Shown here: positions 28,336 to 40,429 of the stretch, piece by piece
Layout: the number at the start of each line of letters is the position of its first letter
Position numbering within the stretch: the first letter of the stretch is position 1
Assembly: GCF_036321535.1 (NCBI RefSeq)
Contig: NC_087436.1
Coordinates: 50,346,001-50,410,000, forward strand
Direction: 5' to 3'
Source: Camelus dromedarius
Lineage: Eukaryota
DNA length: 64,000 nt
Notes under the pieces: generated by a model
The model's input: the letters and a program-made list of their open reading frames with translations, nothing else
Databases searched by the model: none
What the model was told of the DNA's origin: nothing
Position numbers and translations under genes: made by a program

Positions 28336-28648
28336 ATTTCGAGCTGGCTTCAAGAGAGCATTTCGCTGGTGTCCTTTCATCAAAGTTTCTAGCTATGATG
28401 AGCTGGAGCTCAAGACCACCAGGTTTCACCCGACTCGGCAAAGCAGCCTGTACACTGTGACCAGGATGGAGTCCATGACGGTGGTGTGTGACCCCAGTGA
28501 GATGGACAACGCCAAATCCAGTCGGAAGAAGAGAGTGACTCCAAGAGACCCAAGCTCCCATGGCTGCTCCCGCAGGAATTCCAAATCTGCCTCCACCACC
28601 TCAAGTTTCATAAGCTCACCCCACACCTCTGTGGATGAATATTCCTAA
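28336..28648 (+). CDS. TACR3: Tachykinin receptor 3 (NK3R), last coding exon (exon 5; helix 8 and C-terminal tail)
   Basis: The acceptor cttctccttAG ends at 28335. The phase-2 junction AG|A restores the Arg codon. The exon reads [50 protein letters not shown]...[15 protein letters not shown], stop TAA at 28646-28648. The SVDEYS terminus is typical of NK3R. Confidence 0.98.
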
Positions 28649-28840
28649 ATCCATTCCTGAGCTGAAACAGTAGTATGACACCACCACGGTGCCACCACAG
28701 GCCCGCATGCCCCTGACTGCTTACTACTCTGTCCTGAATACTCTCTGGAAACAGAAGGGCAATTTCTTGGTAGCTGTTTCAGATGAGAAAGGTAGCATAT
28801 AAATTAACAAAGACAGTATTAAGATATTTGCCCCCTCAAA

Positions 28841-28846
28841 AATAAA
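28841..28846 (+). terminator. Candidate proximal polyadenylation signal AATAAA
   Basis: First AATAAA after the stop codon, about 190 nt downstream. Further copies lie at 29028, 29038, 29158 and 29194. Confidence 0.5.
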
Positions 28847-31800
28847 GGGGGCTTTAAATTTACTCTTTGAAAACTCTAAATTATTATATGTAACAGAAAA
28901 ATGTATCTGAAAATTCTTGTAAAGTGTTCCATTTTTCTCACTTAAAAATTGCAGTATACATTTGTGACGCTAAAGTGACACACAATTTTTCCAAAAGATT
29001 AAACAAGTTTTAAAAGCTTTAAAATATAATAAAAGTGAATAAAAATGAAGCCTATATAAAATTAAACTTTTTCATCTTCAGCTGTAAAACAGGAAAAAGT
29101 TATATGATTAATTTTATCACTAGAATGATGGAAAATTAACCTCCAAAAGTAAGATTTAATAAAAATCTTTCCACAGAAGAACTCATTCTGTGGAATAAAA
29201 AATTTTAAAGATCTAAAGATTTTCTCCATGAAATATAACTGAAAAAGAAACCTAAGCAAATTATTAGGCAGCTGTACATGTCATTCTTTTTATTATTTTT
29301 TTCTGGGAAAGTGGCTTCAAAAGACAAGAAGTAATCATGTGCTTTTTGACCATTACATATTTTAGGGTGTCAAGCTAAGAAATAGTCAAAGCAAATCCCT
29401 ATGATCCTCTTTACTTTATTTTTCACAAATACTTTTAATTTTTAAAAAATAGGTAGATTATAAAACACTAAAGATGCTTCTTAAGGAAGAAGGGAAGAAT
29501 CCCATTTATCTCTGAAACTAGCTACCAATTTTTAGGCAAGAATTAAAGACAGTAATTCAGTTATGATGGCAGACAAGAGCATCTACTAGTTCTAAAGAAA
29601 AAAGTTTTTTTCCTCCATAACTCAAGGAAAAAGTTTAAGGTGAATATCAACTTAACGACAGTACAGTGCCCTTAGTCTGTCCTCTTTCCCCACTGAAAAA
29701 AAGTGTAAGGACCAGGGAAAAGTATCAGAAAATATGTTCATATGCAAATCCTTAAAAAGTCTATGTACTACTTATATATACTAGTATGACATACAGGTAA
29801 ATCAAGAAAGATGTAGAAAGTTGAATCGACTGTTAGAATAGGAAGCAGGGCAATATTTGGATACATGACAACTAATGCCAGGCAAACCAAAGTACAACAC
29901 ACACCTTTCCACAGAGAGAGCTTTCCTCTTGTCTGCTTAGATAATTTAGAAGTTCCCCTAGAAAGAAATGAGCTAATGGTCCTAAAGAAGCATCTGTTTT
30001 ATTACAAGAAAAAAATATACTAACACATTTCTGAGAGCCATGACAAAACAAGGTACACCATTAAGCGTTGAATTTATCTTCCAGATTTCAGTGCTTGTAA
30101 ATCATCTTTTCTTCTTGAATTAGAGATACCATCAGTCCTGCTCTTCTTGTGCAGGAAGCCTTCTGAGAATGTAGATGTGCAGCACAAACTTCTCCTTTAA
30201 AATATTCAGTTAGATTTTTAAAGCTATCCAGGTAAAATAATGATCTCTAACACTACTGGAGTGTTATGCCTCCACCAATATAGAACTCACTAGTTTTTTA
30301 AGAACAAGATAAAAGCAATTATTTCAAGAGAATATCGTGGCCTATTGATGCCACAATGTTAAGTTTTCCAATCCTCCCCACTATCTTGGACCCAAAGCCA
30401 GAAATATCTAAAACATTAAAAGTCTAAACAACCCCTATCATATATGTGTAAGTTGAATTTCTTCTGATTATACCAATAAATAGACACACATAAACACAGA
30501 CACATACAAGTGCGTAGACACATAGAGTTTACTGTATGTAAGCATTTCAAAGACTTAAATTTAAAGCCGAATGCTGAAATAGTAAGTGGTCATTACTGAG
30601 TTGCTACAAACAGCTCAGTAAAGTCACTGCGCCTTGCATGCGTGCTTTAGACAAGCAAATGTGTTCTCACTTGGTACCGAATCATGCATATAATGATTTT
30701 AAGTGTTCATTCCAAAAAACGGAAATGCTTATCATACAATGTGAAAGTCAAGAAAAAGCCTAATATTTTAAAGCAAACATGTCTTTTTCTTAGCTTATCA
30801 ATAACTGTGAGTCTAGCACCAATGAATGTTTTAGGTACATGGGGCTGTATTCAGCTGTAGAATAGGAGTGTGAGTTTGGCCCTCAAATTCAGTGCAGTCA
30901 GCCATCACCAAAATACACTAATACATTTGAAAAACATAACTCCTGGCCTCCACACATGCTAGGGAAATTCAGTATGATTTACTAGAACTTCTAAGGAAAA
31001 ATATCGCTCCAATCATCTGCTTTGTTTGTTTGTTTTTGTTTTTGTTTTTGATGTTGCTGTGCTCGCTAAGTATCATTCTTCCCGCATGACAGAAATACCC
31101 GAGGTCCAATCTCTTTTAATACTTTTTTAGGGAAAATTGACATTATTTCCTCAGTACTCATGACTCATAAACCAAGATCTTATAAAGCAGACTATTTTAA
31201 GTTCAAAAATTTGAAAAGAAATAATAATAGAATAAATGAGTACAAAATGAAAGAATGAAAGAGTTAAGATTTTAGTCCTTTCATCTGAATTTTGACAGTA
31301 TGAATTGTAGAATAACACACATGGAAATAAGCTTTCGTAGGAGTCATTTTAAATAAAGCTATGCCAGTGTTTTCATATTTTCAGAGTTCAGAAAGATTTG
31401 CCTCAAAAATTCGCTCTATCCACTGATGTTCAAGTTCACTGTGAATCTTTTCAGTGTTTGCAGGCAAACACTCATTAGAAATGCCAGGCAGATGGTCAAA
31501 ACATCCTAAGATATTTTGGACTTGGATCAGCAGCAGAAAAATACAAACTATTCTGAGAGAACTCTGAATGACTCAAAAAAATCTTTCTTAAAAGGCAAAA
31601 ATAAAAAAAATCACAAACATTGAATTTTCAATATTTTGCATCTAAACAAAGTGTTTTTGAAATTACTTGCACGGGAAAAAATTAAAGCAAATGTGATTAC
31701 TATGGAGTCCAATCTAATATCTTTTCTTTTTTTAGCAAGTTCAGTATGCTGCTGCATTATTTCATCTCCCAACTTCATGATGATGACATTTCTGACCCAT

Positions 31801-32283
31801 CAGACAAATTCATACTCTTTTCCAGATCCTGCCAATCTCTTAAAAACAGAGATCTGATCAACTTCAAAGTGAACTCCACTCTTACAAAGCACCCAGGAGA
31901 ATGCCAAGCAGCTCAGTATCAAACCTCAGAAGCACAAAATAAATGTTGAAAAATCAATGTTGGCCAGCTCAGAATTTGAATTTGATTTTTGTTAATGCAG
32001 AATTTCATCAGAAAACTTCTGATTAGTATCTGGTAAATTACCCCATCAAATACAAAGGCAGGAGAATTACAACAATTTCTTAACACTTTTACCAGTAACA
32101 ATTTGAGTTCCCACTTATTGTTGATAGTATGCCAAAAGTTAAGAAAATTCAAGAATGACACTCACCAGGTTGTAATAATTTCCCTTAGCGCCAAGCAGAA
32201 ATGGAGAATAACATCTAATAGTTGTGAACAAAGTCAGTAATTGTGTTGTAAAATAGCTTGGGAAAAATCCTGTGTACATAAAA

Positions 32284-32289
32284 AATAAA
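32284..32289 (+). terminator. Candidate distal polyadenylation signal AATAAA
   Basis: AATAAA preceded by TGTA motifs (CFIm type) and followed by gtttgtag...tatttttaagttgtggt. It lies near the end of the repeat-free block. Confidence 0.55.
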
Positions 32290-32709
32290 TGTATATAAAG
32301 TTTGTAGCTAGTGGATAAAGTATTTTTAAGTTGTGGTAATTATAGAGTAAGTTTAATACATTCATTATCCTTTATATATGTGGTAATACATAACAGATTT
32401 GATTTCTCTTCTTTTCCCTGTAAGAACATTAAAAATAATATTAAAAATAAAAGCAGCCCTAATATTTTCCTACTGGTTAACATATCATATGTTTTGGAAG
32501 GTCGTATCTTATCTAAACACACTCACCTAACCATCCTTCAAAACTATATTGTGCTTCCTCCCTTATTTTTCCTTATAAAAATGTCTAGTTTTCCTAAAAT
32601 ACCTTGATTCAGAAAAAGCATCTATGGGGAGCAAAGGTATCAAAATGAAGAGAAATATTCTGAGTAGAAAGCAGGAACAGATGAACTGGGACGTAGACTC
32701 AGAAGTACA

Positions 32710-32965
32710 CGTAGTTGAGTGTGGAGCATAGCATTTCAGAGCCATGGCATCAGAGCTTTAACAATCGACAGACAAGTTTAAATCTAAGCCCCACCATCTG
32801 GTAGCTGCAGGACCTGGGGCAAGTGATTCTTTGCTCTGAGCCTCATTTAACTCATCAGCAAAAAAGAGAAAATTTCTTCAAAGTGCTAATGTGAGGATTG
32901 AATGAGCTGGTGCATGAATAAGGCAGAGTCAAACATTAAATAAATATTCAAAAACATCACCTTAT
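32710..32965 (+). mobile_element. MIR SINE (near full length)
   Basis: gtttaaatctaagccccaccatctggtagctgcaggacctggggcaagtgattctttgctctgagcctcatttaactcatcagcaaaa. Confidence 0.85.
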
Positions 32966-33569
32966 TATTGTGTGACTGGAGGGATTAAAGAAACCCTTGT
33001 TGCCTGTATTATCCTGTTCCCATCCAAAGCTCTCTGATGGGCATAACTAGCCTTATAGCCTCCTATCCCATAGCCCTGGGCTGTTTTCAGAGTCTGCACA
33101 AGCTCTCATGGATTTTATGCGTGTTCTGGAAATGTGCCATTTGTCCCTGGGCCCTGGGTAGGGAAAATTGTAAAGGGGAAGGCTTAGAAATGGCCAATTA
33201 ATAGAAGGAGTGGCTTCAGACATGTTCAACTAAACTCATTTCTTAGGAAAGATGCAGCCATTTTAGGTTGAAGAATAAAAATGTTCAACTTCAGAAGATA
33301 ATAGATGAGGGAGAAAAAGCAGAAATGTTTCTTTTCAGGTTTCCTTGGCAGCATCACTGACTGCTCTCTCACCGCCTCCTCCCCTGTGCTCTGAGGAAGA
33401 ATACCCAGGACAATTCCATGTTAGGAGGCAGCAATGACCCACACCGCCTCTCCATTTCCTCCAGCTGCAAGGACATCTTCTCTGATTCAGCCCCTTAACC
33501 CCACTTAGATACAAGCATACCCTACCCTGTCCCACCAACTCATCATGAAGGGGGAAAGAGAGAAGGAAG

Positions 33570-34325
33570 TGAGATATCGTCAACAGCCCACTACACATTC
33601 AAAGCATCCGGAAATCCTCTAAGTTCTTAAAAGATATCCAGTGTTCCACTGATTCACACTATAGCAATGGCTACAAACCTGGTCCAAGCTACCTTCATCT
33701 GCCTAGATTATAGCAATAGCCTCCATCTCACACCCTCCTTAAAGCTGATTCTCAATAAAGCAACTAGAATGATTCTTTTAAAACTGCATCGCATCATCTC
33801 ACTCTTTTGCTTAAAACCTCATGGCTTCCCATATCACTCAGAATAAAAGCCAAAATTCTTACAATGCCCTAGAAGCACCTTCATGATGTGGCCCTTATTA
33901 CTTTCTTCTGTTTTTCTGTCCCACACGCACTAGGATCCAATGTATTAACTTCTTTCCTAGCATGTGCCAAGTGTGCCACAACCTCAGGACTTTGGAACTG
34001 GCTATTCCTTTTGTCTAGAATGTTGTCCACCAAGATAACTGCATGAGAAACCCCATCATTTTCTGCAAATCTTTGCCCAGTGCTGATTACCTCATTTAAA
34101 ACAGCAAATCCTCAACCCCACCCCAAACTATTCTTTGCAATTCTCCATCCTGCTCTTTATTTCGTCATAGCATTTATTATTTTCCACAATATCATATAAT
34201 TTACTCAAACATTATATTTATTATCTACTCCCCTGAATTGATAAACAAGCTCTATTAGGAAATAAATGAATGAATAAATAAGTTTTATTAAATAAATGAA
34301 TGAATAAATAAAGAAAGAATAAGTA
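33570..34325 (+). mobile_element. L2 LINE 3' region with (AATG/AAAT)n tail
   Basis: ctggtccaagctaccttcatctgcctagattatagcaatagcctc...tggcttcccatatcactcagaataaaagccaaa, ending in aataaatgaatgaataaata. Confidence 0.85.
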
Positions 34326-34395
34326 AGTTTTGGTGCAAGGTATAGTGGAGTATATCAGATAACATTTTCCACTGTCTCTCACCACCAAGCCCCCT

Positions 34396-34939
34396 TGTAT
34401 ACTGTTTGCTGTGACATCAGAGCAAGGACTTTGTAAAATACACTCCCCAGACTTCCTTGTAGCCTGACCTTCTGTTAGGTTCTGTAATGGGAGCCATGAG
34501 AAGGAAATCAGAATGTAGGAGAGAAATTCTGGCCAGTGATATTCCAGCAGCAGCAAACAGTTGACACCTACCTCTACTTTTTTCTAACACTCCCAGCATG
34601 AGCTTTCCATGTACCCTTCAAGACAGCAGTAGCAACTGTGCTGTGCCCCTTAAACAACCAGATACCAACCACATCACATTCCCTCACCTGAAGACTTACG
34701 ATATCTTCACAGAGTCCCAAACACCAGCCCACTGAGGTCCCTCTTCTGAGTTCTGAGTCTAGTAATATTTCCTCTTTCTTTTTTACATACCAGGATTCCT
34801 TAGCAAGTATGAATTTCTGCATTACATAAACATCTGCTTTTTTGCACTTTTAGACTTCTAACATGTGTGGAATCAAAATCTCTGCTTGAAATATTTCATG
34901 TGATTTACCTTTCCCTTACTGGACCTCTTAACTGATACA
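34396..34939 (+). mobile_element. ERVL-class LTR (LTR16/LTR33-like), 5' LTR of a truncated provirus
   Basis: TG...CA termini (tgtatactg...aactgataca) with a typical U5 (tctgcttgaaatatttcatgtgatttacctttcc). Internal sequence follows directly. Confidence 0.65.
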
Positions 34940-35600
34940 GTACTTGATACCAGGAGTGGTCACAGAGGATTCTGGTTTAGTTTAACTATGTATTTGATCT
35001 TGAATACCATCTGAACCCCCAATCAATGGAAAACTGGGCATTAATAATCAATGGCATGCAGTGCCATCATGATCAGTTAAATTATTGCCTATGTTTACTT
35101 AGGATGAAAGACCTACTGAAAGCAAGACTTTGAAAAACTGAATAGCAATTACACTTATTCATTGTGGAATTTTAATTACAATGACTGAGCAGGGGAGGTA
35201 GTAGTATTTCTAATAATATCTACACTAGAAAACTTACAGAATGAAAAGGATGAGCTTAGGGCTTTAAACTTTTACCACAAGTAATTATTGGAAGACCACC
35301 AGAATTATAAGAGGGCCCTAAAATAACCTCTTCTTTCAGGCAACCACAGAGCAGATATGACTAAAAATTACTTCTAAAATTTAACTGTGTGAGTTGCAGA
35401 ATTACAACATAGGCTGCATTCATAGTTCATTGACTAAAGAGGAAGACAGTTTCCCCTGAGGAAGAACTTTGTAACACTAGCACAAGTATACAGTGTAAGT
35501 ATTCCTCCAAGCCTTTCCCCAAAGGACCTGTGGCCTTTCACTAAAAAGAATGTGCACTATCAAAAGAGAAAATTCCAAATATTCTGAGAATTACAATACT
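34940..35600 (+). mobile_element. ERVL internal remnant (leader, decayed gag/pro)
   Basis: Leader gtacttgataccaggagtggt. Later cacaagtatacagtgtaagtattcctccaagcctttccccaaaggacctgtggcctttcact...gtgcact resembles the ERVL gag-pro boundary. Confidence 0.7.
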
Positions 35601-35609
35601 GAATGAGTA

Positions 35610-37192
35610 ATGATGATTATAATAGGAAGAATATAGATAAAATCAATAAAGAGGTAAAAATTATGAACCAAATAGACATTCAAAAGTTAAAAAGTAAAAT
35701 AAATGAAATTAAAAACTAAATTGAAGCTTGTAGACAAAGAATTAGTGAACTTAATGAGAGAGCAATAGAGATTGAGCAAGCTAAAGAACATAAAATGAAG
35801 GAAAACAAAGGCTTAGAAAAAAGTGAGTTAACATGAAGCACACCTACATACACATAATGGGAATACTGGAAGGAAAGAGAAATAAATAGGTTCAAAAAAT
35901 TTTCGTGAAGAAATATGTTTTAAAACTTCCCAGACTTACTGAAAAACAAATTAATTAGAGAACAAGTAATATAAACAAAGAAAATCTATATCCAGACACC
36001 TCAAAGTGAAAATACTGAAAGGCAAAGATAAAGAGAAAAAAATTGAAAACAACAAGCAATGACTCAATATGGAAAAATGTCATATATAATAAACAAAATA
36101 GACTTTATGTCAAAAATTGTTACACGAGAAAAAGAAGGTTTTTATATATTGACAAAAGGCTCAACTCTTCAAGAAGATTTAACAATTATAAACATATAAG
36201 CACCCAACAACAGGTCCCAAAGATATATGAACTAAAAATTGACAGAAATGAAGGGAGAAATGAAGCTCTACAGTAATAGCTGGAGACTTCAATACCCCAC
36301 TTTCAATAATAGAATATTTAGACAGATAATAAAGAAATATAGAACTTGAAAAATACTATAAACCAACTAGACCTAACATACATGTACAGAAACTTCACAC
36401 AACAGCAGCAGAACATATATTCTTCTCAAGTTTACATAAAATATTCTCCAGGAAAGGTCATATGTTATACCACAAAATAAGTCTCAAAATTTTAAAGGAT
36501 TGAAATCACACAAAATATCTTCTCCAATCATAATGGAATGAAACTAGAAATCAATAGCAAAAGGAAAGCTGTACAATTCACAAATACGTGAAAATTAAAC
36601 AATACATTTTTAAATAATCAAAAGATTAAGAAGAAATTACAAGAAAATTAGAAAATTCTTCAGATGAATGAAAACAAAAACAAATTTCCAAACTTATGGG
36701 CTATAGTGAAGTAGTGTTCAAAGGGAAATTTATAGCTGTAAACACCTACATTAAAAAAGAAGAAATATTTCGAATGAATTACACAACTTTACACATTGAG
36801 GAACTAGAAAAATAAGAGTAAACTAAATCCAAAACTACTAAGAGGAAAAAAATGATAAAGATTAGAGTGGAGATAAATGAAATGAAGAATAAAGAAACAA
36901 CAAAGAGAATCAACAAAACCAAAAATTCATTCTTTGAAATAATCAACAAATTTGACAAACTTTTATCCAGACTGTTAAGGGAAAAAAAGAGAGAAGATGC
37001 AAATAAGATTAGAATGCAAGTGAGAACACTGCTACTAACCTTACAGAAATAAAGTGGATTATAACAGAATACTATCAACAATTGCACACCAACAAATTTG
37101 ATACTCTAGTTAAAATGAAAAATTCCTAGAAATACACAAATTACATAAACATTTAAAAATAAATAGGAAATCTCAAAATACCTGTAACAAGA
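35610..37192 (+). mobile_element. Old L1 fragment: ORF1 part plus ORF2 endonuclease/linker (decayed)
   Basis: ORF2-like translation KIRVEINEMKNKETTKRINKTKNSFFEIINKFDKLLSRL (36852-37052). The endonuclease motif gctggagacttcaataccccactt reads AGDFNTPL. Many stops and frameshifts. Confidence 0.92.
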
Positions 37193-37411
37193 AAAATGGT
37201 TAATTGTGTCCTTGAGTTTGATACAGTTTAAAAAATTCAAGTTCTCAGTGATGCAGGAGCATGTCTGAAACCACATCTACAAATGGCCAGCCAGCTCCAT
37301 TTCTAAGCTTGAATCATTTGAATGCTTTACTCCATTTTTATTTTTATTTTTTTAAATGCATTATTTTCTTTAATGGTTAAAGCAGATGTACAATGCATGT
37401 TTAACTAGAAC

Positions 37412-37720
37412 ATGGAGGGGTTCATTGGAACCTCCAATCTTTAGACAGTGGGTCAGAATCACAGGTGACATTCTGGGCTTGTGAGTGGCACCTGAAGTGT
37501 ATGTGGGGGTGGTTGGGTGGGCAAAGGGGGATCAGTCTTGTACGACTGAGCCCTTTACCTGTGGAATCTGATGCTATCTTTGGGTAGACGGCATCAGAAT
37601 TGAATTAAGTTGAATTTTCAGACACCCTGCTGGTGTCTGAGAATTGTTTGGTATTGTGTGGAAAATATTGCCCCAACTCGACCCCACATACACACGTTGG
37701 AAATGGGTCCAGGAACCCAA
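37412..37720 (+). mobile_element. LTR fragment, MER21-like
   Basis: cagtcttgtacgactgagccctttacctgtggaatctgatgctatc...cagaattgaattaagttgaatt...gacaccctgctggtgtctgagaattg. Confidence 0.8.
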
Positions 37721-37834
37721 AAGACTCTGAAATTAAACATAAGACTTTCCTTCAGAAAATCTTGGTCCATAGGTAGAATATACCTTAGGGTCAGAATCAT
37801 GTTGAAATATAATTCCAATCATATGACAAAGAAT

Positions 37835-38380
37835 AATCCACTGATTCAGTGTATTTAGTTGCAAGAAATTCAGATAACCTTAGTCAAAACAAATTTTATT
37901 ATATTAAGTAACTCAAAAACTCTTCTGAGAGCTGGAAGAATAAGCCTGGGGCCATGTAGCCACTGGCAATATAGAAAACAGCATCCCAGAACCATTAAAG
38001 CAGCCACATAGCCACCAGAACTGCGGGGCACAATCACTGTTACTTGCAAAACTTTCAGCACCAAAACCAGGCACCTTGTGCTGCCACTAGTACTACTGCT
38101 GCTTCAGCCTCTGGAAACTGGATGTTGGTGCCACCGTGGCACCGCCCTCACTGGAATGGGTTCTCTTGCATCTATGCTGCTTTGCTTCAATAGCTTTCAA
38201 TCCAAAGCCTAGGGTGGCTGCATCAGATTGGTGTAGCCTAAGCTATGTGCTTGCCCTTAGCTCCAAGGCCACCAGAAAATGAGTACTGGATTTTGTGCTA
38301 CTAAAATAGAGGCAGGTTCTGCTTCTTAAGGTGGATACTCCCCAAACATAGATAGGTGTTCAATAAGAATAGCACATATC
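37835..38380 (-). mobile_element. Old MaLR LTR (MLT1K/L-like)
   Basis: tttagttgcaagaaattcagataacc and gcatcagattggtgtagcctaagctatgtgcttgcccttagctccaagg. Confidence 0.5.
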
Positions 38381-40429
38381 TGTTATAACTGCCTTGAGTG
38401 AAAAAAAAAATCTAAATGTTATGTAGATGATTACTAGAAGCACAAAGTACAATTTTCCTTTTATTTCTCTGTGTTAACCATATTTTCCTGAACAACCATG
38501 TACCTCATAAGTAATAAAATGTTTTTAAATATTATTCTGAGGAAAAGAGTGAAACTTCTATTTTAAATGAATTCACAGGAAATGTCTCCATTTTCTCAAG
38601 GTTAGTGTTACCATGCCTTGCAATCGCTTTTGAAAAACAATCGCTACAGGTTTTTAAAGGTTACAATATTTGGCTGTTGATAGATAGATGATATCACAAT
38701 TAGGGGAAATTAACATAGTTACTTTCTAGATTTAATGCCACATTCATAAAGGCAGTGCATAAATTACAAAGGAACTCCTGTGACTCTGACATGCCAAACA
38801 AGCAGTGATGAATGGCCCAGTCTCCCACTCAAGAATTTGAACCACTGCCTGGTCTGAGACTTCAGAGGACAAGTTGAAGATCTCTTTTAATTAACTTGAT
38901 ATTTTATTACCAATGAAATGTTCTTTTCAGTTTATAGCAAGATGCCCACAGTTCATTTTAAAATGTATTGGAAAGGATGTTGAAGAGAATTCTACTGTAT
39001 AAATCAAAAGGCATCAGAATATTGTTCTACGTTCTAAATCAGAAATGCCATCTGTACCAGGGGTCTCAAATGTGGAGTTCCCTTTTCCTCCAACCTCCAA
39101 ATATGCTAAGAGTGGATTTCTGTAGACAGTCCTAGTTAGCCTAAGAGGATAAATGCATTTTAAATGAATTCAACCCTTGAGTATATGTTTAGGCACCAGA
39201 CTAAGGAAAGCACTAAAACATGTAAAGCCTCAGCTTTGTGTTCCTAAAAGGCAGACCCCAAAAGCACATGACCCTGTATTTAGCAGAGCACCATTAAGTC
39301 TTGGATGCACAAGTGTAGTGGGTAGAAACAATCTGCAAGATGCACAGATGAATGAATTGATCTCAAAATATGCACTGATGATAGCAACAAATTCTGAGCA
39401 CCTAAGAAGCCACTGAGAACCTGAATTAGGCAAGTTGAAACCAAGTGCAACAGACTTCATGGGGGTCCAGTGGGTCCTAGGATCAGAGAAACAGTATGAG
39501 GGTTTTAAGCAAGAGAAAACGACTCAAAAAGGTTGAGTATCAGGGAAAGAATCCAGGCATCTCAAAGACAGTTTTTCATACTTAATAATACTTTATGTAT
39601 TCAAAGAATTGACACTAAAATGCAAATCTTGAAAAATATAGGTAATTATTGAAGAATGGAGGGATCTATCTGAAATTAAACTTTTTCTGCATACACAATA
39701 AAGGCATGAGAAGAGGGGCATAAATTCCCCCAGCCAACGCTCCTTATCCTTTCATTTCAAGGTTTTGCAAAAACAGTCAGAATAACACTGTTTCTCTGCT
39801 TAGGAACAGTCATCCAGGCTAACGTGACCCAAAAACTTGTGAAATTTATCTCCCTACTCACCATAGCAGACTTGCTGCTACACAGGAATTCCATCTCATC
39901 CTACTTCATCCTGTCATGTTGCATCTCATCCAGCCATCTATCCCACATCACCTCTGCGCAAGTCACTGCTCTGCTTTTATTCCTACCTTTATTATCCCAA
40001 GGTGGGGTCTGCACTACTAATAGTGGGAATGGCAAAGAGTAGTGGTCTGCAAACTCAAAAGCTCTAGAAAGAACATGAGGGACAAATGACTTAGTCCTCC
40101 AAAATTTAAGGAACAAAGTGATAGTATGGAAACATAAGTCTGTTATGAATTTGCTAAAGTTGGAAGCTTAACTACCTCAATTAGAAAATGAATAATAGTT
40201 TTAAAAATCAGGTTTACTATTCATTTAAAGAAAAAAACTGAAAATAGTCCTCATAAAATATATAGTCAATTCAAAGTCACCAAAAAACAAAAGTTAAATA
40301 ATGTATTTCTTTTACAAATTTGACTTTTAAATACTAAACACATATTGGTATTTGCTTAAGTAATGATCAATTAAATGTATAATACCAAAAGTATAATATC
40401 TTAAACAGTTTATTTTTCACACAAAGTAT

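Larger units (their letters stand above)
28649..32315 (+). other. TACR3: Putative long 3' UTR of TACR3 (end approximate)
   Basis: About 3.65 kb of AT-rich sequence after the stop codon with no recognisable transposon, unlike the flanks. It contains several AATAAA hexamers, and the one at 32284-32289 has upstream TGTA and downstream GT/T-rich sequence. Confidence 0.6.

Noticed and set aside
34259..34312. Direct repeat aaataaatgaatgaataaataa separated by a short spacer
   Set aside because: This is slippage in an L2 microsatellite tail with only two units. It is not a CRISPR-like array.
36043..37087. ORFs with L1 ORF2 similarity read as a functional gene
   Set aside because: They are short open stretches within a frameshifted, stop-ridden L1 fossil.
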